Of a DNA stretch of 64,000 bases, positions 1 through 8,713 are shown in pieces. The notes beneath the pieces were generated by a model. It did no database searches, was not told the DNA's origin, and saw only the letters and a program-made list of their open reading frames with translations. Made by a program: the position numbers and the translations under genes. How positions within the stretch are numbered: position 1 is the first letter of the stretch; each line of letters starts with the position of its first letter. The stretch comes from Minisyncoccia bacterium (lineage in GTDB: Bacteria > Patescibacteriota > Minisyncoccia > Phycocordibacterales > CAIZLB01), in NCBI GenBank assembly GCA_041752275.1, contig JBGSHK010000008.1:70543-134542 (forward strand), given 5' to 3'.

Positions 1-1
1 G

Positions 2-154
2 GAAAAAATGGGTATAAATTCATACGAAAAAAAAGATGTTAAGTATATTCGTAATATTTTAGATCAATTAAATATAAAACTAGAAAGACAAGGAATAAAG
101 GATCTTTTTATAAGATCAGGTGAATCTGTTCAGATAAATAAAAAGTCTCTGTAA
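2..154 (+). CDS. 3' fragment of a gene entering from outside the window (part of the integrated element)
   Basis: Frame 2 is open from the window start (EKMGINSYEKKDVKYIRNILDQLNIKLERQGIKDLFIRSGESVQINKKSL) to TAA at 152-154. Confidence 0.55.
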   Translation, partial: EKMGINSYEKKDVKYIRNILDQLNIKLERQGIKDLFIRSGESVQINKKSL

Positions 155-155
155 T

Positions 156-185
156 GACTTAAGTCGACTTAAGTAATTCTAAGTC
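156..185. promoter_or_regulatory. Tandem palindromic sites (GACTTAAGTC, GACTTAAGTA, partial CTAAGTC), candidate operator
   Basis: Perfect 10-bp palindrome at 156-165, near copy at 166-175, and 18-bp palindrome ACTTAAGTCGACTTAAGT at 157-174, in the intergenic gap before ORF 223. Confidence 0.45.
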
Positions 186-222
186 GCTCAAATGATACAT
201 TCATAATGCCCGCAGGGTATTT

Positions 223-450
223 ATGAATAGTTCACAAACAAATTCAAAACAAAAAATATTGACTGATAAACTCGGTCTTGTTTTAAGTGATGATGAAATA
301 ATTGAACTATCTAAAAAACTATCCAGGCTAGCAACATTAATAAATAAACATCAAATTAGAATCAAAACCAATCTCGAGAGAGATCTTTGTCAACCCTGGG
401 ATGAATCCCGCGAGGGGGTTGTAAAACAAACAGCTCGTGGGCGAAAGTAG
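223..450 (+). CDS. Small hypothetical protein of the element
   Basis: 75-aa ORF; its 3' third overlaps a GC-rich structured region, so the C-terminus may be incidental. Confidence 0.4.
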   Translation: MNSSQTNSKQKILTDKLGLVLSDDEIIELSKKLSRLATLINKHQIRIKTNLERDLCQPWDESREGVVKQTARGRK

Positions 451-703
451 GCCTCTGGTGTACGGGAAGAATGCAGGAGCTTGCCACCTAGGTCGTCATA
501 TACCAAATAATTTCTGAAATTTACTTTTTGACGACATGTGTACCACAGTCTTTTTCAAGAGACGGTGAAATAAGTAAATGAATTAATAAAGTTTTAATTT
601 TCCTTCAAGTATTCTCTTGGGGGTAGGGGGGGGATTCTCAGTCTCCTTGGTCCCAGGAAGAATGTGTAAGTGAGAAAAAAATAATTATATATAATCTAAA
701 ACT

Positions 704-1087
704 ATGAAGAATACAAAAATATTTAAATTATTTCAACAAAACAGAATGATTTATGCGGGTAGGTTATTCGCAAGATTGCAGGAGATGAGGTGTTTAAAGT
801 GTGATAATGGTAATTTAATAGATAATTTAATGAAAAAGAGGGTTGAATGTAATCAATCATGTTGCAATTTCAGTATTCCAAATAAAGAGATTAGTGAATC
901 AATGGCAAATCTTAAAAATATATCAGAACACCTTATAGGGAAGAATTCTTTTAGGGGACGGAAAAAGAAACGCGATAAAAAAATAAAGTATGTGTTAAAA
1001 CAATATGTAAATAGGGTTATTCAAAGGGATGTAGAAAAACAAAACAAAACAAGATTAAACTCTAACCCAATGCAACAAAATGGATAA
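704..1087 (+). CDS. Hypothetical protein with possible Zn-ribbon
   Basis: 127-aa ORF with CLKC...CNQSCC and a basic C-terminus. Confidence 0.55.
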   Translation: MKNTKIFKLFQQNRMIYAGRLFARLQEMRCLKCDNGNLIDNLMKKRVECNQSCCNFSIPNKEISESMANLKNISEHLIGKNSFRGRKKKRDKKIKYVLKQYVNRVIQRDVEKQNKTRLNSNPMQQNG

Positions 1088-1103
1088 TTTTATAAAAATA
1101 TAA

Positions 1104-1682
1104 ATGTCGCCAAATGTCGCGATTTTAAAAAAACAAATGTCTAAAAAAACAACAAAAAACAAAGATGAACACAGAATAGAAATGAGACAAAAGCAGGTAT
1201 TCATACTGCATCTCCAAGGTGTATCTATACCTATGATAGCTGAGGCTCTTAAGGTAAATACAAGGACTATAGACAGGGACCTGAGTGCATTCAGGGAGAA
1301 TAAGGTTAAATGGTTAAATGAGCAGATAAAAAAGTTCAACGTAGAGGAATATTGGGTTAAGAGAATAGAGGTAATGGAGAATATTATAAAGACTAACTGG
1401 TCACACTTAGCAGAGTCAGATGCACGAGACCGGGTGAGACTGTCGGCTGAGATAAGAGAATGTTACAAAGAGATGGATTTATTACTCCGATCAGCAGGTG
1501 TAAAGACAACACTAGTAGATCCAAACGACATAGCACAAGACACTATCAAAATAATATATCAAGGAACAGAATCACCCGTACAAACTAGAAACAGAATATT
1601 ATTAGCCAAAAGAGAGGAAAGAAGAAAAAGAGAACAAAGGGAAAAGTCGCTCCGGGACGAAAATGAAGAAGAAGATTACTAG
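1104..1682 (+). CDS. HTH DNA-binding protein, terminase small subunit-like architecture
   Basis: N-terminal HTH (LHLQGVSIPMIAEALKVNTRTIDRDL) followed by a helical region and a charged tail. Confidence 0.6.
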   Translation: MSPNVAILKKQMSKKTTKNKDEHRIEMRQKQVFILHLQGVSIPMIAEALKVNTRTIDRDLSAFRENKVKWLNEQIKKFNVEEYWVKRIEVMENIIKTNWSHLAESDARDRVRLSAEIRECYKEMDLLLRSAGVKTTLVDPNDIAQDTIKIIYQGTESPVQTRNRILLAKREERRKREQREKSLRDENEEEDY

Positions 1683-1738
1683 ACTTAACCTCCATAAAAT
1701 AATAGTGTGTTAACTAATCAAAAAGTAACAACAAACAT

Positions 1739-3460
1739 ATGCAACAAGACATAATCAAATCAACAAAATTTATAATTTATTCACGTAAATCATCAGAGGA
1801 CTCATCTGATAAACAAGCACTGTCGATTCAGTCTCAAATCAATGAAAATAACAGACTTATTAAAAGGTATAATATCCCACAATCAAGTGTTGAATACATG
1901 CAAGAATCTAAGTCTGCTAAAAAGTCAGGTACAAGACCTATATTCAATAGTTTGGTCCAGAAAATAGAGAGTGGAAAGATCGACGGAATAATAGTCTGGC
2001 ATCCTGATAGACTATCAAGAAACGCAGGTGATGTTGGCAGGCTAATAGACCTCATGGATGACGGTAAACTAAAGTGCATAGTCACACATCAACAAACATA
2101 CTTAAACAGACCATCTGACAAAGCATTCTTTGGAATGATATGCACCCAAGCAAAGATGGAAAACGATAACAAAAGTGAAAATGTAAAAAGGGGATACAAA
2201 AGAAAATGCGAACTAGGATATTTGCCTACATCAGCCAAGGTTGGATACAAAAATGACTTCGGTGAAAAGGGCTATTGTAAAATGCTCGATGACCCCGAGA
2301 GATTGCCTCTTGTTCAAAAAGCCTTGAAGATGTTTCTAACAGGAAACTATTCTATAAACAGCATGTATGAAGTATGTAGGGATCAGTTAAAGATAGTAAC
2401 AGTTCAGAAAAGAAGATTGGGAGGTAGACCACTATCAAGATCGGCGGTCCATAACATGTTAAGGGATTCATTCTATGCGGGATTTTTCTATCACAAAGAC
2501 GAGTTCGGAGAAAGTATCAGATATGAGACAAACAAATCCCTGACCAGAATAATCACTGAAGCTGAACATTACAAGATACAAGCATTACTTGGAAACAGGG
2601 GTAAGCCAAAACCAAAGACATATGTAAAACAATTTCCATACAAGAGGTTTAGTAAAACACCTGACAACATACCTTTCACCGCAGAACCAAAGTTTCAAGT
2701 TATATGTCCAACATGTAAATACAAATTTGCATATCAAAACAAAACTCATTGTCCAAAATGTAATCTGAAAGTATTGGAGATGATAAATGCAAAGTATCTA
2801 GACTATGTGTACTATCACCCAATAAAAAGAGATACAGGCGGTCCAAAGAATGTCTGTATCACAGAAAAAGAGATCACCGAGCAAGTTCTGAAGCATTTTG
2901 ACAGTAGCTGGATAGCACACCCAGTTTTCACAGAATGGATCGTAGAAAAACTTAAAGAATCAGAGTCAGAAGAAAAACAACTACAAACAACCATCAAAGA
3001 TACAGTAAACAACCAAGTTGAAGACCTTAAGCTCAAACTAGACAAATTGACCGACATGAAGCTCCGAGACATGATAGATGATGACGAATTCTTGGCAAAA
3101 AAAGACGCTTTAAAGGCACAAATAAAGTCAGTCGAGCAAAGTAACGAGTATGGAGAAAAAACGCAATCTGAAGCCAAAATTGACCTCTACAGAGCCTTCT
3201 CGGTAACCCAGGACATAGAGAGTATATTGAAGAAAGGAGACTATGACGAGGTGGTGGAGCTACTCTCAATATTTGGTTCGAACCTAAAGATAAATGGAAA
3301 AGTAGTCAATGTTTACAACGATATTTTGATACAGAAAATCGAAAAGGCATTCTCTGAAATTAAACAGAAGAATGCCTTGTTCGAACCTAAAAATCTTCAG
3401 GATTTATCGGACTCAAATCCAGTTTTCGTGGATGTCCGTCCTGACTTGCTCCTCCGGTAG
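1739..3460 (+). CDS. Large serine recombinase (integrase)
   Basis: YSRKSSE catalytic motif, ESKSAK, RP.F, DRLSRN, recombinase domain, coiled coil; 573 aa. Confidence 0.95.
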   Translation: MQQDIIKSTKFIIYSRKSSEDSSDKQALSIQSQINENNRLIKRYNIPQSSVEYMQESKSAKKSGTRPIFNSLVQKIESGKIDGIIVWHPDRLSRNAGDVGRLIDLMDDGKLKCIVTHQQTYLNRPSDKAFFGMICTQAKMENDNKSENVKRGYKRKCELGYLPTSAKVGYKNDFGEKGYCKMLDDPERLPLVQKALKMFLTGNYSINSMYEVCRDQLKIVTVQKRRLGGRPLSRSAVHNMLRDSFYAGFFYHKDEFGESIRYETNKSLTRIITEAEHYKIQALLGNRGKPKPKTYVKQFPYKRFSKTPDNIPFTAEPKFQVICPTCKYKFAYQNKTHCPKCNLKVLEMINAKYLDYVYYHPIKRDTGGPKNVCITEKEITEQVLKHFDSSWIAHPVFTEWIVEKLKESESEEKQLQTTIKDTVNNQVEDLKLKLDKLTDMKLRDMIDDDEFLAKKDALKAQIKSVEQSNEYGEKTQSEAKIDLYRAFSVTQDIESILKKGDYDEVVELLSIFGSNLKINGKVVNVYNDILIQKIEKAFSEIKQKNALFEPKNLQDLSDSNPVFVDVRPDLLLR

Positions 3461-3520
3461 GGATCGAACCTACGACCAATCGCTTAACAGGCGACTGCTC
3501 TACCGCTGAGCTACAGAGGA
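3449..3520 (-). tRNA. tRNA-Asn(GTT)
   Basis: Reverse complement folds as a cloverleaf: TCCTCTG/CGGAGGA acceptor, AGCTCAGCGGTAGAGC D-arm, GTCGC-CTGTTAA-GCGAT anticodon arm, GGTTCGATCC T-arm; CCA not encoded. Confidence 0.97.
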
Positions 3521-3635
3521 ATGAATTAGGATGGGCTGAAGTCTTTTCGATTAAATATACCCAGGGGGCATAATAAATGAAACAACCTCAACCCAACCTG
3601 TTGAAATATTATCAAAAAAACAGAGATAACGCAAT

Positions 3636-3995
3636 CTATACAATTTCCTTATCAACATGTCTTCCATAATCATCTTCAAGTCTGACTATATCATTTTCAT
3701 CAAATTCACCAAAGGCTATTTCCAAGACTTTCCCGGGTATATTTTTACCAATCAGTCTATGTGTCATGTTTTTTTCAATAATATACTCATCTCCGATTTT
3801 GACATCAATTTTTTTACCATCTATTTCAAAAATAGCTTCACCTTCAATTAATTTCCAAAATTCTTGTCTATTGTTGTGATACTGTAAACTTAATCTTTGA
3901 TTAGGTTTTATTGTTAATATTTTTACTGTACTTATTTCATTCTGTGTAAATATTTCTTCTGATCCCCAAGGTCTTTCATCGTATTTTATATTCAT
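3636..3995 (-). CDS. Mannose-6-phosphate isomerase, type II cupin domain
   Basis: ERPWG, RLSLQYHNNRQEFW, HRL, DENDIVRLEDDYGR motifs. Confidence 0.9.
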   Translation of the reverse strand: MNIKYDERPWGSEEIFTQNEISTVKILTIKPNQRLSLQYHNNRQEFWKLIEGEAIFEIDGKKIDVKIGDEYIIEKNMTHRLIGKNIPGKVLEIAFGEFDENDIVRLEDDYGRHVDKEIV

Positions 3996-4014
3996 AGCTA
4001 TATTCTATCTTATT

Positions 4015-4770
4015 TTATTTAATATTAATAATATTTTTTATTATTTCTTTTGTTTCATTATGATCTTTGACTTTAATATAAGGTATTTCTGTTCTAACTA
4101 TGGAATAATCATTACCTCCTTCAAATATTGCATCACCGATAAACAATAGCTCTTCTTTTTTAAAATTGAGTAATTCTTCAATCTTGTTTATAGCATAACC
4201 TTTATCTATAGATTTTTTATTTATATCTATAGATGTTGATCCACCTATTTTAACTTCAAATTCTGGTAAATATTTATCTAAACATGCTTTTATCATCTTT
4301 CTTTTTTCCATGTTTTTATCCCATTCTTTTTTTAAATCTATAGGGGCTTGTTGTCCTAAAGCTGAAAAAGTAAACTGAGTATTTCTATCTTCGAGTCTTT
4401 CTCCATATATATCTTTTGGTAAAAAATCTATTTCAGCATACATTTTATCAAAACTATCTTTAATCTTTGTTTTTTCCTCTTCGTTAAAAGGATTTTCATA
4501 TACCTTACTCCACTTTTCATCAAAAGAATACATCATAGCCCCCGAAGTAGGAAATATATATAAGTTTTTAAATATTTTTTGATCACAATCTAACTTGTCT
4601 ACAACTTGTTTTTTTAACTGTTCAAAACCACCACCGCTTATAATGGCTACTTTTTTAATTTTTAATAATTCAATAAAAAGTAAAGACATGGCCATGTCAA
4701 TTTCCTGCTTGCTTTCAGTTAATGTGTCGTCCAAATCAAATACCACTACCTTAGTTTGAGTGAAATTCAT
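4015..4770 (-). CDS. HAD-IIB phosphomannomutase (eukaryotic PMM-like)
   Basis: FDLDDTL, ISGG, EDRNTQFTFSALG, GGSTSID, FIGDAIFEGGNDY. Confidence 0.88.
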   Translation of the reverse strand: MNFTQTKVVVFDLDDTLTESKQEIDMAMSLLFIELLKIKKVAIISGGGFEQLKKQVVDKLDCDQKIFKNLYIFPTSGAMMYSFDEKWSKVYENPFNEEEKTKIKDSFDKMYAEIDFLPKDIYGERLEDRNTQFTFSALGQQAPIDLKKEWDKNMEKRKMIKACLDKYLPEFEVKIGGSTSIDINKKSIDKGYAINKIEELLNFKKEELLFIGDAIFEGGNDYSIVRTEIPYIKVKDHNETKEIIKNIINIK

Positions 4771-4843
4771 ATTTTGTAATTATAACTTTTTATTGATTAG
4801 TTGTAAACTTTGATTGTTTGTCGTATGATATTATCATAGTAAT

Positions 4844-6745
4844 ATGTTTATGTTTTTAAATACTAATAAAAAAAAATTTAAAATCAACAAAAAAATAGAC
4901 ACCACCCTACCTATAGGTTTTTTAAAGAAAGATAATGACTACTCAATATTTTGCAAATCATCCAATACGCCAGAGAATATATTTATTATAAAAAATAAAA
5001 AAGGGAATATAAATGAATTCTCAATAAATAAAGAAAAATTAAATATAAAAAATAAGCTTTTTAGGAGTAAATTAGATATAGATAAAATTGATAATGTTAT
5101 TTATTCTATAAATAAAAAAAAAGAAATCATAAACTTTATATATAAAGAAGATAAAAAGCAAAAACTTTATTTAGCAATCAAGAAAAATAAAAACGATTGG
5201 ATAATTCAAAATCAAGTTTTAGATATACAAGAGAGGGGTGGTTTAGTGTCTGACTATATCAACAATAAAAAATATTATATGTATTTTGGTGAATCAAATA
5301 TAAGTACAGCCAATACCTTAAATCTAAGTAAGTGGAATATTAGTCAAGATCCTGTTCTTAAGCCTAGACCAGGTTTTTTTGATAAAAGCAATTTAAAATT
5401 TCTAGCAACTAAAGTTATCGACAGAGGAATATTGGTTTTTTATGACGCTTCATATAAAGATAAAATAAGTAAAAAATTGAAAATACAAATAGGTTTAGCG
5501 ATGTTTTCTTTAAGTGATCCCAATAAAATAATCTGGAGATCTGATGATGCAATTTTTGAAAATGAAATATCATATGAAAAAGATTTTGAAGTAAAGGGTA
5601 TTATATTTGATCAAGATAATTTTACTATTTATTGGTATTCAAAAAAAACTGGTATATTGAGTGTTACTTTAAATTTACCTTTTAACAATAGTTTGAAGTT
5701 AGAATCATTTAAGAATCTAGAAAAGCATGATAATAATCCAATTATTTCACCGAATGATAACCATTCATTATCAACACAAAAGTGGCTATTAAATGGTACT
5801 TTTAATCCAACAGCTATTAATATTGATGAAAAAATTCATTTATTATTTCGTGCTGTTGGAGAAGATGGTATATCAAGAATTGGTTATTCTGAAAGTGTAG
5901 ATGGAGTTAATTTTGCAAACATTCATCCAAAACCTGTTTTTTCTTTAAAAAAATCTCACTTTGGAAATGGTCATATTAAAAATAAATATGACCCTGTGCT
6001 ATACGAATCTGGTGGTAGTTGGGGAGGTTGTGAAGATCCTAGACTTACAAAGATAGGTGACACTATATATATGATATTTAATGCTTTTGACGGTTGGGAT
6101 TTTATAAGGGTTGCATATACTTCCATAAAAGAGAAAGATTTTATAGATAAAAGATGGAATTGGGATAGACCTAGGCTAATTTCACCTCAAGGTGAGATAA
6201 ATAAAAATTGGGTTATATTCCCAGAAAAAATTAATGGGAAATTTGCAGTTTTACATAGCCTTACACCTAATATACAAATAGATTATTTAAAAAACTTAGA
6301 AGATCTAGAAATAGGTAAATCAAAAATAAAAAGTAAATATGAAAGAAAATTTAAATCAAAATCGTGGGATACTTGGGTACGTGGAGTAGGGCCAGCTCCA
6401 TTAAAAACACCTGAAGGTTGGTTAGTTTTTTATCATGCTGTCACAGCTGATGAAACCCATAAGTATAAACTTGGTGTTTTACTTTTAGATTTAAATGATC
6501 CTACAAAAATAATTTCAAGGGCAACTGCACCTATATTGACTCCTGACATGTGGTATGAAAATGATTCAAAGCCGGGTATAGTATATGCTTGCGGGGCCAT
6601 CATAAAAAAAGATATGTTATATATTTATTATGGCGGTGGTGATAAACATGTTTGTGTTGCCACCTCATCATTAAAAGAATTTATAGACAATTTAAAAAAT
6701 AGTAAAAATCAAACACCATCAATAAAAAAAGTGATATTGTCCTAA
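4844..6745 (+). CDS. GH130-family glycoside phosphorylase/hydrolase with a degenerate N-terminal repeat
   Basis: C-terminal half has FNP, GCEDPR, NKNWVIFPEKING, YHAV, VYACG, YYGGGD; N-terminal half has only remnants. Confidence 0.85.
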   Translation: MFMFLNTNKKKFKINKKIDTTLPIGFLKKDNDYSIFCKSSNTPENIFIIKNKKGNINEFSINKEKLNIKNKLFRSKLDIDKIDNVIYSINKKKEIINFIYKEDKKQKLYLAIKKNKNDWIIQNQVLDIQERGGLVSDYINNKKYYMYFGESNISTANTLNLSKWNISQDPVLKPRPGFFDKSNLKFLATKVIDRGILVFYDASYKDKISKKLKIQIGLAMFSLSDPNKIIWRSDDAIFENEISYEKDFEVKGIIFDQDNFTIYWYSKKTGILSVTLNLPFNNSLKLESFKNLEKHDNNPIISPNDNHSLSTQKWLLNGTFNPTAINIDEKIHLLFRAVGEDGISRIGYSESVDGVNFANIHPKPVFSLKKSHFGNGHIKNKYDPVLYESGGSWGGCEDPRLTKIGDTIYMIFNAFDGWDFIRVAYTSIKEKDFIDKRWNWDRPRLISPQGEINKNWVIFPEKINGKFAVLHSLTPNIQIDYLKNLEDLEIGKSKIKSKYERKFKSKSWDTWVRGVGPAPLKTPEGWLVFYHAVTADETHKYKLGVLLLDLNDPTKIISRATAPILTPDMWYENDSKPGIVYACGAIIKKDMLYIYYGGGDKHVCVATSSLKEFIDNLKNSKNQTPSIKKVILS

Positions 6746-6762
6746 TTTATTAAAATAAAAAA

Positions 6763-8676
6763 ATGTTTACAGTTAAAAAATCTTTACATAATCCATTATT
6801 ATCACCAAACACAAATGATCCATGGGAGGCAAAGGCTGTTTTTAATTGGTGTCCTGTTAAAGATGGTTTAATAACTCATTATGTCTATAGAGCTATGTCT
6901 TCTCATGAATCATATTTTAATAATACAATAAGTATTTCATCGATCGGGTACACATCAAGTGTAAACGATATTGATTTTTCAGAAACAAAACAGCTTATTG
7001 CCCCAGAATATGATTGGGAAAAATTTGGTTGTGAAGATCCGAGAGTTACAAAAATTGATGATAAATTTTATATTTTTTATACAGCATTATCAAATTACCC
7101 ATTTGATTCCAATAGTATAAAGATTGCCGTGGCTGTAACCAAAGATTTTAAAACTATTGAGGAAAAACATTTGGTCACACCGTTTAATGCTAAAGCTATG
7201 GCATTATTCCCAGAAAAAATAAATGGTAAATATGTTGTTGTGTTATCAGTTAATACTGATATGCCACCAGCTAAGATTTGTTTTGCTGAATTTGATAACA
7301 TAGAAGATATTTGGAATCAAAAATATTGGCAAAAATGGTACAAAGAATTGGATAAACATAGTATAAACATAAGTCGTTCCGACAAAGATCATGTTGAGGT
7401 TGGGGCTGTGCCTTTAAAAACAGATAAAGGTTGGCTACTTGTTTATAGTCATATTGAAAATTATTTTAGAGACAATAATCCATATCCCCGAGTTTTTGGT
7501 ATTGAAGCCTTACTGCTAGATTTAAATGATCCAAAAAAAATAATAGGCATAACGAATTGGCCCATTATTGTACCAAATGAAGTTTATGAAAAAAACGGAC
7601 AATTTCCAGATATAGTTTTTCCTTCAGGTGCATCTATTGATAAAGAAAATTTAAATATTTACTACGGTGCAAGTGATACATTTTGTTGTAAGGCTACTAC
7701 AAATTTACAAAATCTTTTGAACAGTATGTCAGAAAAATCTATGACAGAATATGTTTTGAGATATAAAGACAATCCTATACTTAAACCGAGACCAAATATT
7801 GCTTGGGAGGCACATGGTGTATTTAATCCAGCCGTTCTTCAGGTTGGAAATAAAATAAGCATACTTTACAGAGCGATGTCGGATGACGACACCTCATATG
7901 TTGGATTTGCATCTACTACAGATGGATACAATATTATAAAAAGAGAAGATCAACCAATATATATACCAAGAGAGTCATTTGAAAATAAACGTCGACCTGG
8001 AAACTCAGGTTGTGAAGATCCACGTTTAACCCTTATCGATAAAAAAGTTTATATGTGTTATACCGCATACGATGGAGAAAACCCACCTAGAGTAGCTCTC
8101 ACATTTATAACTTTAAAAGATTTTGAAAAAAATAATTGGAATTGGAGTAAACCTATATTGGTTTCACCTGAAAATAAAGATGATAAAGACGCCTGTGTTT
8201 TTCCTGAAAAAATTAATGGAAAATATTTGATATTACATAGAATAAACGGAGATATTTGTGCTGATTTTGTAAAGTCATTAGATTTTCCTGATGGTCCATT
8301 AAAAACATCTACACCTATAATGTTACCAAGAAAGGGTATGTGGGATGCTGAAAAAATTGGTATTTCATCTCCGCCTATAAAAACAAAAAAAGGCTGGCTA
8401 TTGCTTTATCATGGTGTGTCATCTCAAAATCATATTTATAGAGTTGGCGTAGCTCTACTCGATTTAAAAAATCCATTGAAAGTTTTATCAAGAACAAGCG
8501 CACCAATATTTGAACCTGAAACATACTATGAAAAGGTTGGAATAATACCAAATGTAGTTTTTCCTTGCGGTGCTTGTATTAGAGATGAAAAAATATTTAT
8601 TTATTATGGCGGTGCTGACGATGTGGTTGGTGTGGCTACTGTTTCAGTTGAAAAAGTTTTACAGTCTTTATTATAA
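6763..8676 (+). CDS. Tandem two-domain GH130 glycoside phosphorylase
   Basis: Two copies of FN(W/P)..YRAMS, GCEDPR, FPEKINGKY, VFP.G, YYG(A/G). Confidence 0.9.
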   Translation: MFTVKKSLHNPLLSPNTNDPWEAKAVFNWCPVKDGLITHYVYRAMSSHESYFNNTISISSIGYTSSVNDIDFSETKQLIAPEYDWEKFGCEDPRVTKIDDKFYIFYTALSNYPFDSNSIKIAVAVTKDFKTIEEKHLVTPFNAKAMALFPEKINGKYVVVLSVNTDMPPAKICFAEFDNIEDIWNQKYWQKWYKELDKHSINISRSDKDHVEVGAVPLKTDKGWLLVYSHIENYFRDNNPYPRVFGIEALLLDLNDPKKIIGITNWPIIVPNEVYEKNGQFPDIVFPSGASIDKENLNIYYGASDTFCCKATTNLQNLLNSMSEKSMTEYVLRYKDNPILKPRPNIAWEAHGVFNPAVLQVGNKISILYRAMSDDDTSYVGFASTTDGYNIIKREDQPIYIPRESFENKRRPGNSGCEDPRLTLIDKKVYMCYTAYDGENPPRVALTFITLKDFEKNNWNWSKPILVSPENKDDKDACVFPEKINGKYLILHRINGDICADFVKSLDFPDGPLKTSTPIMLPRKGMWDAEKIGISSPPIKTKKGWLLLYHGVSSQNHIYRVGVALLDLKNPLKVLSRTSAPIFEPETYYEKVGIIPNVVFPCGACIRDEKIFIYYGGADDVVGVATVSVEKVLQSLL

Positions 8677-8713
8677 TTTTTAATGACAAAATCTTAAAAA
8701 TAGTGTATGGTAT

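Larger units (their letters stand above)
1..3460. mobile_element. Right end of an integrative element (prophage/satellite-like) inserted at the 3' end of tRNA-Asn
   Basis: Co-directional small hypothetical ORFs, an HTH/terminase-small-subunit-like ORF and a large serine recombinase abutting a tRNA; the left boundary is outside the window. Confidence 0.75.
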
